From a virus: a stretch of 64,000 nucleotides of DNA. A model generated the notes under the pieces. That model was not told the DNA's origin. It was given only the letters and a program-made list of their open reading frames with translations, and searched no databases. The position numbers were made by a program, and so were the translations under genes. Location: UHGV virus genome UHGV-0209088. One strand, written 5' to 3'. This document shows, in pieces, positions 44,602 to 55,000 of this stretch; the stretch's first letter is position 1; each line of letters opens with the position of its first letter.

Positions 44602-46383
44602 ATGAATATTACATATGGCTCTGTGTGCAGCGGCATCGAAGCTGCATCCATTGCATGGGAGCCGCTGGGGCTGAAGCCAGCGTGGTTTTCCGAGATTGAG
44701 GCTTTTCCGTCTGCTGTTCTGAAGCACCACTGGCCGCACGTCAGCAACCTCGGAGATATGACCAAAATCGCCGCCGCTGTGCGTGCTGGCACCGTTCCTG
44801 CTCCAGACATAGGCGTGGGTGGCACACCTTGTCAGGCATTTTCAGTCGCTGGCGCTCGCGCTGGCCTTTCAGACCCTCGCGGTCAACTCACCATTTCATA
44901 CGTGGAATTAGCCGATGCAATTGACGACACCCGAACCGCAGCCGGAAAACAGCCAGCCATCTTCGTCTGGGAGAACGTGCCCGGAGTCCTCAGCTCCAAA
45001 GACAACGCTTTCGGAGCCTTCCTTGGACTGCTTGCCGGGGAAGACTGTGAGCTACAACCGCCAGGGGGAAAATGGAAGAACGCTGGTTGTGTGCTTGGAC
45101 CCAAAAGAACAATCGCGTGGCGGGTCGTTGATGCCCAATATTTCGGAGTGGCCCAACGACGCCGCCGTGTGTTTGTTGTCGCAAGTGCTCGAACCGATTT
45201 CGATCCCCGAAAAGTATTTTTTGAGTCCGAAGGCGTGCGCCGGGATACTGCGCCGAGCCGAAGCGCGGGGTCGGCAGTTGCCGCCCTTACTGCGAATGGC
45301 GTTGGAACATGTGGTGCGGACGACAACCAAGGACAAGCAGGACACCTGATCGCTGCGTTCGGCGGTGGGAACTGCTCAGGCGCGCTGGATGTAGCGGCCT
45401 GCCTGACAGCGCGCGGCCAGCGCATTGACTTCGAAGTCGAGACCTTTCTCGCCCAGTACAGCAGCACCGGGCAGGGCGCATGGGCTGAGGGCTTTGGCAC
45501 GCTGCGCGCCAGAGAGCAGGAGAGCCACGAGCATCTGGCGGTGATGGCCGTTCACGGCACGCAGGATCCTGACACGCTCAACGAGCTGGCGCACACGCTG
45601 GGGCGCAATCAGGGGCAGGAGAACGCCGTCATCGCGTTCAACAGCAAAGACCACGGGCAGGATGCCGCGGAGGAAATATCCCCGACGCTGCGCTCCGCTG
45701 GTCACGGTACCAGCCACGCGAACGCTGGCGCGCCGCCTGCTGTGGCCTATGGCTTCCAGCCGCGTATTGCCCGCAACGGTCGCGGCGATATGGGCGATGT
45801 TTGCCACGCTCTTACTGCGGAGGCCGGGGAGACCGGGAAGGGGGATTCTGCGCCGCATGTGGCCGTTGCCTTCGCTGAGAACAGCCGCGGCGAAATCCGC
45901 CTTCAGGATGGCGACGGCGGCATCACCGGCCCGCTGTCTACCGGGGGCGGAAAGCCAGGGCAGGGTTATCCGGCAGTGGTCGCCTTTCAGGAACGCGGTC
46001 GCGCTGATGGTCGCACGCTGGAGATTAACGGCGATCTGGCCTACGCGCTGACAGCGCCAAACGGCGGTGGCCGGGCGCAGGAGCGGAACATTGTCGATTT
46101 CCGCACAATGGCCGTGCGTCGCCTGACGCCGCGCGAGTGCGAGCGCCTGCAGGGCTTCCCCGATGACCACACGCTCATCCCATACGGGAAGGCTATCAGG
46201 CCGGAGAAGCTGGAAGCGGACTACGCAAAATATCTGATGCGCGGCGGTCGCATGACCTTTGACGAGTGCTGCCGCGCTGCCGCTGATGGCCCGCGTTACA
46301 AGGCAATCGGCAATTCAATGGCGGTGCCGTGCATGGCTTGGATCGGTCGCCGCATCCTGCAACAGCTCGAGGGGGCTATGTGA
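44602..46383 (+). CDS. DNA cytosine-C5 methyltransferase (Dcm-like) with a long C-terminal extension
   Basis: Motif I region [13 protein letters not shown] motif [15 protein letters not shown] motif FVWENVPG. Confidence 0.8.
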   Translation: MNITYGSVCSGIEAASIAWEPLGLKPAWFSEIEAFPSAVLKHHWPHVSNLGDMTKIAAAVRAGTVPAPDIGVGGTPCQAFSVAGARAGLSDPRGQLTISYVELADAIDDTRTAAGKQPAIFVWENVPGVLSSKDNAFGAFLGLLAGEDCELQPPGGKWKNAGCVLGPKRTIAWRVVDAQYFGVAQRRRRVFVVASARTDFDPRKVFFESEGVRRDTAPSRSAGSAVAALTANGVGTCGADDNQGQAGHLIAAFGGGNCSGALDVAACLTARGQRIDFEVETFLAQYSSTGQGAWAEGFGTLRAREQESHEHLAVMAVHGTQDPDTLNELAHTLGRNQGQENAVIAFNSKDHGQDAAEEISPTLRSAGHGTSHANAGAPPAVAYGFQPRIARNGRGDMGDVCHALTAEAGETGKGDSAPHVAVAFAENSRGEIRLQDGDGGITGPLSTGGGKPGQGYPAVVAFQERGRADGRTLEINGDLAYALTAPNGGGRAQERNIVDFRTMAVRRLTPRECERLQGFPDDHTLIPYGKAIRPEKLEADYAKYLMRGGRMTFDECCRAAADGPRYKAIGNSMAVPCMAWIGRRILQQLEGAM

Positions 46384-47063
46384 AAGATATCTACCAGAAG
46401 ATAAACGGCGATGAGTACCGCGGCGTGTGGGTCGTAGGTGACCTGCACGGCTGCTACACCAACCTGATGAACCGGCTGGACGCAGTCGGTTTCGACCCGG
46501 CGCAGGATCTGCTGGTTTCGGTTGGCGACCTGATTGACCGCGGGGCGGAGAACGTCGAGTGCCTGGACCTGATTAATCAGCCGTGGTTCCGGGCAGTGCG
46601 CGGAAACCATGAGCAGATGATGCTGGACGCGCTGCTCAATGGGGGCAGCTTCGGTCACTGGATGTCGAACGGTGGTGGCTGGTGGCACAGCATGGATTAT
46701 GAGCAGGATATGCGGCTGAAATCCCTGCTCCCCAAGGTAGCTGGTCTGCCGCTGATCATCGAGCTGGAGAAGGGTGGGAAGAAGTTCGTCATCTGCCATG
46801 CTGACTACCCGAAAGAAGAGTACGAATTCGGAAAGCCGGTAGTCGAGCAGGATGTCATCTGGAACCGCGAGCGTGTCAGCACGTCAATGGATCTGGTGGA
46901 TAAGGTGCCGGTGAATGACCTGCTCATTCCTGGCGCTGATCTGTTCATCTTCGGGCATACGCCAGCGCGACAGCCAATGCGTTTCAGCAACCAGCTCTAC
47001 ATCGACACCGGTGCCGTGTTCACCGGCAATCTGACACTGGTCAATCTTGGGGAAGTTCTGTGA
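46380..47063 (+). CDS. Ser/Thr protein phosphatase (lambda-PPase-type metallophosphoesterase)
   Basis: GDLHG...GDLIDRG...RGNHE motifs; GTG start overlaps the Dcm stop (ATGTGA). Confidence 0.75.
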   Translation: MKDIYQKINGDEYRGVWVVGDLHGCYTNLMNRLDAVGFDPAQDLLVSVGDLIDRGAENVECLDLINQPWFRAVRGNHEQMMLDALLNGGSFGHWMSNGGGWWHSMDYEQDMRLKSLLPKVAGLPLIIELEKGGKKFVICHADYPKEEYEFGKPVVEQDVIWNRERVSTSMDLVDKVPVNDLLIPGADLFIFGHTPARQPMRFSNQLYIDTGAVFTGNLTLVNLGEVL

Positions 47064-47248
47064 AGACGCTGCTGAAGGTGGTTCTGTGGGTGGCGGGGAT
47101 AGCCGCCTTTATCTGGCTGCTTGGGGTTGCCGGTGAACATGATCGCCAAGACTGCGAGGTGCGTATCGCGCAGGAGCTTGGCACAACCGCTCGCTACATC
47201 GACGGCCATTGCATGGTGAAAGGGTACGGGAGGGTGGATGGCCGGTAA
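47060..47248 (+). CDS. small membrane protein (62 aa)
   Basis: One TM helix. Confidence 0.3.
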   Translation: MKTLLKVVLWVAGIAAFIWLLGVAGEHDRQDCEVRIAQELGTTARYIDGHCMVKGYGRVDGR

Positions 47249-47606
47249 ACGCCTCAACATCATCCTTGAGCCACGGAAGGCCGGGATCTGCCTCAAGGCG
47301 CAGGTGCGCGCAACGCTGGTGGCGCTGGATGGCCGCTGGTTCATCGGTACCAACGGAGTGAGATCACCGCAGGAGGTCTGCCCGCGCGCTGGCTCTCCCC
47401 ACTTCACCGGGTATGAGGCGTGCAAGGGTATCTGCCGTCAGGAGTCGCATGCAGAAGTGAGCGCCATCAATCTGGCGGGAGAAGCCGCCCGCGGCGCCAC
47501 GATCTACCTCGAGGGGCACTTCGCCGCGTGTCCGGATTGCCAGGCGGCAGCCGACGCAGCTGGCATCGCGCAAATCATCATCGGCGCACCGCCAGTGCAA
47601 CAGTAG
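47238..47606 (+). CDS. dCMP/cytidine-deaminase-family zinc-dependent deaminase
   Basis: HAEVSAI zinc-binding motif and ACPDC...AAGIAQII, matching the dCMP-deaminase HAE...PCxxC...AGI pattern. Confidence 0.6.
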   Translation: MAGKRLNIILEPRKAGICLKAQVRATLVALDGRWFIGTNGVRSPQEVCPRAGSPHFTGYEACKGICRQESHAEVSAINLAGEAARGATIYLEGHFAACPDCQAAADAAGIAQIIIGAPPVQQ

Positions 47607-47670
47607 ATCATTTTGGTTGGATCCCGCCTCAATAGACGCTATTGGTGCCTTCCGTAACAGGAGGGCACCT

Positions 47671-48030
47671 ATGAGCCGCGCACTTACCCCTGAAGAACTA
47701 CGCAATAACGTCCTGAACCACGTCCGCCTGATGGTCGAATACTGGGCCACCCTGCCGGGCCTTGATGAGCACGCGCGCTGCGATGGCGTGGCGTTCTCGA
47801 TCCTCACCATGATTGACGGCAGCGCAGACCAGCCGCCGATGGCGCTGGTGGCGCTCTCCAGCGATGAGGACAAGCAGTATTACGTCGAGAAGGGCGAGAA
47901 CTGGGTCGAGCACGGCACCGTCATCAACGATGATGTGATGCTGCACGAGGAATATAACGCGCCTGAGCGCGCCGAATATGCCAAGTCCGTCATGAAATCA
48001 GCTGTGAAAGCTGACGACCAGAAGAACTAA
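47671..48030 (+). CDS. hypothetical protein (119 aa)
   Basis: Start set at the Met with an AGGAGGG Shine-Dalgarno. Confidence 0.35.
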   Translation: MSRALTPEELRNNVLNHVRLMVEYWATLPGLDEHARCDGVAFSILTMIDGSADQPPMALVALSSDEDKQYYVEKGENWVEHGTVINDDVMLHEEYNAPERAEYAKSVMKSAVKADDQKN

Positions 48031-48070
48031 CCTCTATAAATTCAATCACCTGCGCTGCGCCCTGACATTC

Positions 48071-48090
48071 TAGGGCGCAGGTAGGGCGCA
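48071..48090 (+). promoter_or_regulatory. TAGGGCGCA-gg-TAGGGCGCA direct repeat
   Basis: Exact 9-mers. Confidence 0.5.
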
Positions 48091-48104
48091 ATGTTCAATA
48101 TTAC

Positions 48105-48122
48105 TTGCTCAAATATGAGTAA
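48105..48122 (+). promoter_or_regulatory. palindrome TTGCTCA-AATA-TGAGTAA
   Basis: TTGCTC-N17-TTACAT promoter-like; heads a leader homologous to 44479-44601. Confidence 0.45.
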
Positions 48123-48225
48123 TTGAGTTACATTATCGGCTATCCCGTTTATTCACGGGAAACATGGCCCAGCGCTGCTGGCGTGACGACAATCAATAAG
48201 CCGCGAAAAACGCGGCGAGGAATTT

Positions 48226-49476
48226 ATGAATCGATATGAACTACACCTCGGCAACTGCCTTGAGGTGTTGAAGGACTTACCAGACAACTCCGTAGACAGT
48301 ATCGTCACCGACCCGCCATACGGCCTTAGCTTCATGAACAAGAAGTGGGATTATGATGTGCCGAGCGTCGAGGTATGGTCCGAATGCCTGCGAGTTCTGA
48401 AACCTGGCGGTCATTTGCTGTCGTTCGCTGGTACCAGAACTCAGCACAGAATGGCCTGCAACATAGAGGACGCTGGCTTCGAGATCCGCGACATGGTGTC
48501 ATTCCTCTACGACACTAATGAAACCGCTCAGGCACTGATTGAAAGCCTGACACCGGAACAGTTGAAAATGCTGGACGCCACCTTCGGTCGAGACTCTATG
48601 CTTGCATGGGTGTACGGCAGCGGTTTCCCTAAATCTCACAACCTCAAAGATGACTGGACAGGCTGGGGCACCGCCCTGAAACCAGCGCTGGAGCCAATCA
48701 CCGTAGCCCGTAAGCCGTTCAGAGGAACCGTTGCGGCAAACGTGCTGAAGCATGGCACCGGTGCTCTGAATATTGATGTGTGCCGTATCTCAACGGCAGA
48801 TAAGCTCGGTGGTGGCGCGGAAAAGGCGAAGAATGCTGGTCTAATCCATGAAGGGTGGCAGCGTCCGTGGATGAGCGACCCGCAAGCCGCTGAAGCGTAT
48901 GCGAAACGGATAAGAGAAAATGTCGAGAAGAGCGAAGCGCTAGGCCGCTGGCCTGCCAACTTGATTCACGACGGCAGCGATGAGGTTCTTGACCTTTTCC
49001 CTGAGACCAAATCAGGGGTCATGAAAGCAGGAACCCGGCGCGCTGCTCAGGATGAGCCTGGGAGCGTTTGTTACGGTACATACGGCGGCAATGCCGCGAG
49101 CACCGATACCTATGGGGATTCCGGTAGTGCTGCCCGTTTCTTCTACTGCGCGAAAGCTACTCGCAAAGACCGTAACGAGGGAATGCAGGATCCAGGCCCG
49201 CAGTTCGAACACGGCGCGACGCTGCGCAAGGTGGAGAATACCGAAACCAAAGGCAACAACCATCCGACAGTGAAGCCGACAGACCTGATGGCCTATCTAT
49301 GCAGGCTGGTCACGCCTCCTGGCGGAGTGGTGCTCGACCCTTTCATGGGAAGCGGAAGCACTGGAAAGGCGGCAATGCGAGAAGGGTTCCGATTTATCGG
49401 CATTGAGATGGACGCGGACTACCTTGCGATCGCTGAGGCGCGCATTGCGCATGAGGCCGGGAAGGGGGCAGCATGA
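48226..49476 (+). CDS. beta-class amino (N6-A or N4-C) DNA methyltransferase
   Basis: N-terminal motif IV DPPYGL; C-terminal motif I FMGSGSTGKAA. Confidence 0.75.
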   Translation: MNRYELHLGNCLEVLKDLPDNSVDSIVTDPPYGLSFMNKKWDYDVPSVEVWSECLRVLKPGGHLLSFAGTRTQHRMACNIEDAGFEIRDMVSFLYDTNETAQALIESLTPEQLKMLDATFGRDSMLAWVYGSGFPKSHNLKDDWTGWGTALKPALEPITVARKPFRGTVAANVLKHGTGALNIDVCRISTADKLGGGAEKAKNAGLIHEGWQRPWMSDPQAAEAYAKRIRENVEKSEALGRWPANLIHDGSDEVLDLFPETKSGVMKAGTRRAAQDEPGSVCYGTYGGNAASTDTYGDSGSAARFFYCAKATRKDRNEGMQDPGPQFEHGATLRKVENTETKGNNHPTVKPTDLMAYLCRLVTPPGGVVLDPFMGSGSTGKAAMREGFRFIGIEMDADYLAIAEARIAHEAGKGAA

Positions 49477-49958
49477 TGCCCGAGCAACCAAAACGCATCT
49501 CGTATAACGAGAGAGGTGCAACTGCGCCTTACGACCCGCGAGAGGTTTTTCCGCCCGAACTGACTGAATCCAGCAGAAAGATGACTCGCATTCTGGCGCG
49601 CGGCGGGCTGCAAAAACACATCCGCCAGTTCGGCGCTGATGGGCGCTTTACCTTCCACGCCGGGCTGACGGTCGAAGAGGCGGCAGCGCCAGGGATAGTC
49701 GAGGCTGTGAAGCGGTCGACGCTGCATGAGTTCGCCTCCGGTGACCTGGTGGTCATCCGCGGCACCACCGAAGCCGTTGAGATCGAGAAGGTCTGCGGCG
49801 TGTTCCTGATCCTGCGCTCATACGGCGATGGCGGCTGCAACGCGTTCCGCCGCGTGAACCCGCCGCACGGTCGATACAGCTACGGGCGCATTCACATCTA
49901 CAAAGGGCATGTTGAGCCAAACGGGAGGGTCTATGGACCTGGAAAAACACAGAAATAA
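49473..49958 (+). CDS. hypothetical protein (161 aa)
   Basis: ATGA overlap. Confidence 0.35.
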   Translation: MMPEQPKRISYNERGATAPYDPREVFPPELTESSRKMTRILARGGLQKHIRQFGADGRFTFHAGLTVEEAAAPGIVEAVKRSTLHEFASGDLVVIRGTTEAVEIEKVCGVFLILRSYGDGGCNAFRRVNPPHGRYSYGRIHIYKGHVEPNGRVYGPGKTQK

Positions 49959-50208
49959 GAACGGCACCATCAACGGTGTCAGTGCGCTCGGTGAGTTCAC
50001 GGGGCTGGGGCAGGGGGAGGTTCAGGCCATCTTCCAGCAGGTGAAGGAGAACAACGCCAAACTGGAAGCCTGCCAGTACCATGAGTTCGAACTGCACGAG
50101 CAGGGACCAGTAGTCAGCCGATGGAAATATCGTTGCGCCCACTGCGGCGGCATCATCAACGGCAGTGACTACCGCTGGCACGAGCTCGGGCGCAGGGCAA
50201 AGCCGTAA
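49933..50208 (+). CDS. hypothetical protein with a CxxC pair (91 aa from the internal Met)
   Basis: CAHCGG. Confidence 0.3.
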   Translation: MDLEKHRNKNGTINGVSALGEFTGLGQGEVQAIFQQVKENNAKLEACQYHEFELHEQGPVVSRWKYRCAHCGGIINGSDYRWHELGRRAKP

Positions 50209-50211
50209 GGG

Positions 50212-50547
50212 TCAGGCGACGATCCCCCTGACCGTCGCCATCACCTTTACCAGCGTCTCATCATCGACGCGTCCGAGCTGGTCCGCGTGCGATGCCTCAA
50301 TGGTGGCCAGCTTCACGGGCCGTATCATCGAAGGGGCGGGAAGCCCCGCCTTCTCATGACCGAATATAACCACATCATTATCCCACTGCCGGTTCTCGGC
50401 GCTGGTTATCATCGCCACCCAGAGCAGTGAGCTATCCGGTCCTATGCCGCCGCCAGAAACGACCAGAGCTGGCCTGTGCTGGCGGGTATTCTTGTCGGTG
50501 TAGGGGAAAGGTACGCGAACAACATCCCCCTGCTTAAAGGTTGGCAT
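50212..50547 (-). CDS. PemK/MazF-family toxin (type II toxin-antitoxin)
   Basis: MPTFKQGDVVRVPFPYTD...RPALVVS is the MazF/PemK N-terminal signature; overlaps the antitoxin stop by 14 nt. Confidence 0.6.
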   Translation of the reverse strand: MPTFKQGDVVRVPFPYTDKNTRQHRPALVVSGGGIGPDSSLLWVAMITSAENRQWDNDVVIFGHEKAGLPAPSMIRPVKLATIEASHADQLGRVDDETLVKVMATVRGIVA

Positions 50548-50764
50548 AGGCTCTCCGGTCCGCTTCGCTGTCCCACTCACTGAACGTCACGAACGGATCG
50601 TCAGCCTGCTGCGTTACCTCGGCGCGCATGAGCACGACGCGGCCATCTTCAATCTGGTAGGCCAGCTCGTCTCCAGGCTTCAGGTTGAGTGCATTGCGCA
50701 CTGCCTGCGGGATCGTCGTCTGGGCCTTGCTGGTCATCCTGCTGGTTATCACCGGCACCTCCAT
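50534..50764 (-). CDS. AbrB/MazE/SpoVT-type antitoxin
   Basis: TSKAQTTIPQAVRNALNLKPGDELAYQIEDGRVVL swapped-hairpin AbrB motif; start approximate. Confidence 0.5.
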   Translation of the reverse strand: MEVPVITSRMTSKAQTTIPQAVRNALNLKPGDELAYQIEDGRVVLMRAEVTQQADDPFVTFSEWDSEADRRAYANL

Positions 50765-51060
50765 TGCTCCATCTGATGTAAGGAATTTCCTTACCGATCG
50801 CAAGGGGGATGTATGCTGCGCTGCACAACATTGGTTTTCAAGGAGTCAAGCCCGCAATTGTCCGTGATATTGTGCATCGTAGCATGCTGAATTTCGAATC
50901 AGCGATCCTCGTCAACAACTTATCTTAGTCCTGCATACGGGACGGAACAGCCATGCTTGTCCGTATGCTAGCCCTCCCAATCAACGAAATTAGAACACAC
51001 CCATAAGAAGTGCCCATAGGCACCGATTCGATAAGAAAATAATCGCTTCTGGGGCTATTT

Positions 51061-51909
51061 ATGGAAGTAATTACTCGCATCCGCAGTGAGTCCGCGGAGT
51101 TGCGTCGCGTATCCGATCTAAAGGTCTATGAGTTCAAGGGGCATCAGGGAACGGACAATCTTAAATCCAATGATCATTTCGCCGTACTTATGAACAGCGG
51201 CGGTAGACTGAGCGTACAGTGGGAAGGCAATAAAACCTTGTGCAATGAAGTTGACGCAGGGGATGTGATATTCAGCCCGTCAGGCTCGACAATCTCATGC
51301 AATCATCGAGAGGCCGTAAGCAGCTCTTTCATAGCACTGAAACAGTCAGTGTTCGTGAACGCTTCGAAAGATCATGTTGATTACGGTAGTATTGATTTTA
51401 CCGGGCGACACATCAGGCGGCCAGTGACCACGACCATGGCCATGACCCTTCGCAACCTGAGTTCAGTTGAATCCTATCAGGAATGGCCGATGCTGATCGA
51501 GTCTGCCACTCTCGCGTTTGTGATAGCGCTGATTTCTGCGCTGTCTCCTGCTGCTACAAAGGCGTTCCGTGAAAAGCCATACGGGATAGGTGATGTGCGC
51601 AAGAAGCGGGTGGTTGAGTACATCGACGCGCACCTCACCAGAACGATATCCCTGGCTGAACTGGCGTATGAGGTTGGACTGAGCCAGTACCACTTCTCGC
51701 GGCTTTTCAAGAAGCGCTTCGGCATGAGTATCATGGAATACATCAGCATGCGTCGGGTTGAGGTGGCGAAGGAAAAGCTGCAACTGACCGGCGATACGCT
51801 GGCGAGTATCGCCCACGACTGCGGGTTTTGCAGTCAAAGCCACTTCACTGGGGTTTTCGTGAGGATCACCGGCGTTACGCCAGCAGCGTACCGTAATGGC
51901 GCAAAGTAG
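51061..51909 (+). CDS. AraC/XylS-family transcriptional regulator (AT-rich moron)
   Basis: C-terminal dual HTH (LSQYHFSRLFKKRFGMS...IAHDCGFCSQSHFTGVF); gene GC content visibly lower than flanking DNA. Confidence 0.8.
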   Translation: MEVITRIRSESAELRRVSDLKVYEFKGHQGTDNLKSNDHFAVLMNSGGRLSVQWEGNKTLCNEVDAGDVIFSPSGSTISCNHREAVSSSFIALKQSVFVNASKDHVDYGSIDFTGRHIRRPVTTTMAMTLRNLSSVESYQEWPMLIESATLAFVIALISALSPAATKAFREKPYGIGDVRKKRVVEYIDAHLTRTISLAELAYEVGLSQYHFSRLFKKRFGMSIMEYISMRRVEVAKEKLQLTGDTLASIAHDCGFCSQSHFTGVFVRITGVTPAAYRNGAK

Positions 51910-51927
51910 GAGGATCAGCTACTCAGG

Positions 51928-51940
51928 CTGACGCTCTAAA
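51928..51940 (+). repeat. GCTGACGCTCTAA post-stop motif
   Basis: 19 nt after the stop at 51909. Confidence 0.4.
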
Positions 51941-51987
51941 TGTGATCGCTGGTTAAAATCAAGGAATTGCCGTGAGCGCTCTGAAAT

Positions 51988-52007
51988 CAGGGCGCAGATA
52001 GGGCGCA
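51988..52007 (+). promoter_or_regulatory. cAGGGCGCA-ga-TAGGGCGCA direct repeat
   Basis: One mismatch in the first copy. Confidence 0.45.
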
Positions 52008-52053
52008 ACAACACGCAAAATCGTCGTGACCATACACTGGCTGCATCATTCTT

Positions 52054-55000
52054 TTGCGGCCAGTATGTATGCGACTCGTTCTCCTCAAAGCTCAGAAGTT
52101 TGCCAACCAGGCGGGTTATTACCTGCTGAACGGTCGTTGGCACAAAACCTCGCAGGATAAGCCTGCTCCGAAAGGCGCGCCGGTTTCCGCGCATCCTCAC
52201 TCCGCGGGTAAACCCGTCGCGAAAGAGACGCTGGCTGACCACGAGTGGCAGCAGCTGCAGCTCCCTGCCGAGAACGTCAACGCGAAGACCTTCAACAAGC
52301 AGCTCGACCAGCTCAAAGCGGCGGCCGTCGCCGGTGACGTGACTGGCATTCTGGGAAGCGGCTATGGCACGAACACCTACGGCAAAAAACTCGCGATCAT
52401 TGCGAACCACGTTCTCGGGCTGCTGGGCAGTGACCATAAGGTTACCCCGGGCCAGAAAGCTGGCACGCACGCCGCTGTGCAAACCGCGCCAGAGATCGAG
52501 GCAGAAGCGCCAGCGCCGAAGCCGGAGCCAAAAGCAGAGCCGGAGCCGAAGGCCGAAGAGAAACCTGCAGCGCCGGCGCCGGAGAAAAAGGCCGACGCAG
52601 AACTGGCGGTGCCGGAGTTTGCCGAAGGCAAGCAGGCCAAAGGCGTGAAGGCCCACTACGAGAAGGTGGCGAAGAAGATCATCCGCGCCGCCAAGGCCGG
52701 TGACCTGTCTGCGCTCCAGTTCATGGCAAAACCTGACCAGACGAGCTGGAAGGGTAAGACCGACAACAGCAAGAAGCTGATAGCGCTGCACCAGGCGGCG
52801 ATCGCTTACGCTCAGGCCAACAAGCCGGCTGGCAAAGACATCCAGCATCCGGACGCGGAGAAGCAGGCCGCGAAGGAGGCGAAGGAGCTCGCGAAAGAGC
52901 AGGGCACTCCTGAGAAGGCACCAGAACCGGAGAAGAAGCCGAAGCCAGCCAAAGCGGAAGAGCCGAAATTCACCGACAAGGGGACGCTCGCCAATCCGTC
53001 CGGATACGGGAAGACTTTCGCCAACCTGAAACAGGCCAACGCCGCGGCTGAGAAGCTGAAGGCGCAGGGGCATGATGTCTATGTCACCGCGCAGCACCCG
53101 TATCAGGTGAAACTCAATAAGCCGGAGCCGAAGCAGGAAGCCAAACCAGATCCGAAGCCGGAGCCGGCGAAGCAGGAAACCAAAGAACAGCCTAAAGGCG
53201 ACGCAGCCGGCAAGCTGTCCCAGATCCCGTGGGACAACCTGCTGCTGCCGGACAGCAACAAGAACGCCAAGAGCCACAACAAGCAGGTCGCCAAGATTAA
53301 GGCGATGGCTGAGGCTGGCGACATCGAGGGGCTGAAAAACTTCAAGGCTGGCACCAACACCTACGGCAAGAAGCAAAACCTGCTGGCCCAGACTGCACTG
53401 GCGGCGCTGGAAGAGTCTGCGCCTGCACCCAAGGCTGAGGAGAAGGCAGCGCCGGATGAGAAGCCGAAGGCCGCTGAACCTGCCGCCAATGGGTTGCCGA
53501 AGAAGCCGGACAACGCCGGTAAGTGGCAAGACACGGTGGATGCGCTGGAAGGTTGGGCGAAGAGCGGCAATCTCACCGAAGCCGAGAGCATGTATTACGA
53601 CCTGTATTCGCTGGTCGATGAAATGCCGGACGCAATGCCGATCCTGCACTACGCCCAGGATGTGGTCTCTCACATCAAGAAGGCTGGGGCAGAACAGGGT
53701 GGCAAGCCGCAGAAGCCGACCGGCCTCACCAGCGTCCACTGGAACTCGACCGTCAACGAGATCGAAGCGCAGATGGAGGCCGGGAACGAAGCCTATCTCC
53801 AGACCAAGGTAGAGCAGACTGCTGGCCTGGCGTCTGCCGAAGCGAAGTCTGTACATGATTACGCCGTTGGCGCGCTTGGGTTCGTGCAGGACCAGAAGCA
53901 GGGCAACAGCGCCAGCACCGAAAACGACGGCCCGATGGAAGGGGAGACCAAGCAGGGCGCGAACGGCACGCTCGTGTTCCACAATGGCCGCTGGCACAAA
54001 CAGGGCGATGAGAAGGCGGCAGAGAAACCGGCGCCAGCTGGCCCGGCTGATGTCGAGATCCCGACCTTCAACGGCCCCAATGCCACCCATAACGCGTGGC
54101 TGCAGAAGGCCGCTGAGGCGCTGAAAGAGAAGGTGGTTTCCGAGGGCAAGGACGGCCTGAAACAGCCGCTGACGAACCACAAGAATGGCTCGGTAACGGT
54201 CAACATCGCTGGCGTGAAGGTCGGCAAGGCCAGCGTGACCAGCTCAAACCCCGCGATCGCGAAATTCGCCCAGTTCGTGGATGAGCTGAAAGCCTCTGTC
54301 GGCAAGGTGAAGAAGGCCAAGCCGGCACCGAAGGCGACGCAGGCTCCAGCGCCGGCCGCCGAGCCGGAGCAGCCGAAGCAGCTCGAGAGCATGGACAGCT
54401 GGACGCAGACTGGCGGCCAAGGCGGTTCGAACCCTGGCGGGAAGTTCAAGGACGAGAACGGCGTCGAGTGGTACTGCAAGTTCCCAGAGAACGACCATAT
54501 CGCGAAGGCCGAGGTGCTGGCCGCGAAGCTCTACTCCGCGCTGGGCCTGAACGCTCAGGATGCGAAGCTCGTCACCAAAGATGGCAAGGTGGGCATCGCC
54601 AGCCGCTGGGTGAACGTCAAGAAAGCATCTCCGAAAGAGCTGGCCCAGACCCCGGGCGTTCTCGAAGGCTTCGCCGCTGACGCGTGGCTCGCGAACTGGG
54701 ATGTGGTGGGTCTCGGCTTCGATAACCTGCAGGTGGATGACCAGGGGCACGCCATGCGCGTCGACGCTGGTGGCTCCCTCATGTACCGGGCTCAGGGCAG
54801 CAAGAAGGCGTTCGGGGAACACGTCACCGAGCTGGACAGCCTGCGCGATCCGAAAATCAACCCGCAGGCGGCCGCAGTGTTCGGCCAGATGTCTGAGGCT
54901 GACATCACGGCGTCGGTGGCGAAGGTCGCGCAGATCTCCGATGCGCAGATCCGCATCATGGTGAACAACTTCGGCCCGGGCGATAAGGCCGAGCGGAAGG

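Noticed and set aside
43167-46170. Several 200-300-aa minus-strand ORFs (43167-44063, 45376-46170, 54244-55131) and many 60-170-aa ORFs on the opposite strand of confirmed genes
   Set aside because: All are antisense to genes with strong family motifs (MTases, Dcm, giant protein). They are artefacts of high GC, which yields long stop-free reverse frames.
10646-48122. LexA (SOS) box identity for the 18-bp palindrome
   Set aside because: The consensus TTRCTCA-N4-TGAGYAA does not fit CTGT-N8-ACAG, nor the lambda or P2 operator consensus sequences I can recall. It is treated as an element-specific operator or promoter instead.
51919-54180. 753-aa minus-strand ORF
   Set aside because: Antisense to the giant 1355-aa gene. 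It is dominated by L/R/G low complexity, whereas the sense frame has structured repeats and catalytic-type motifs.
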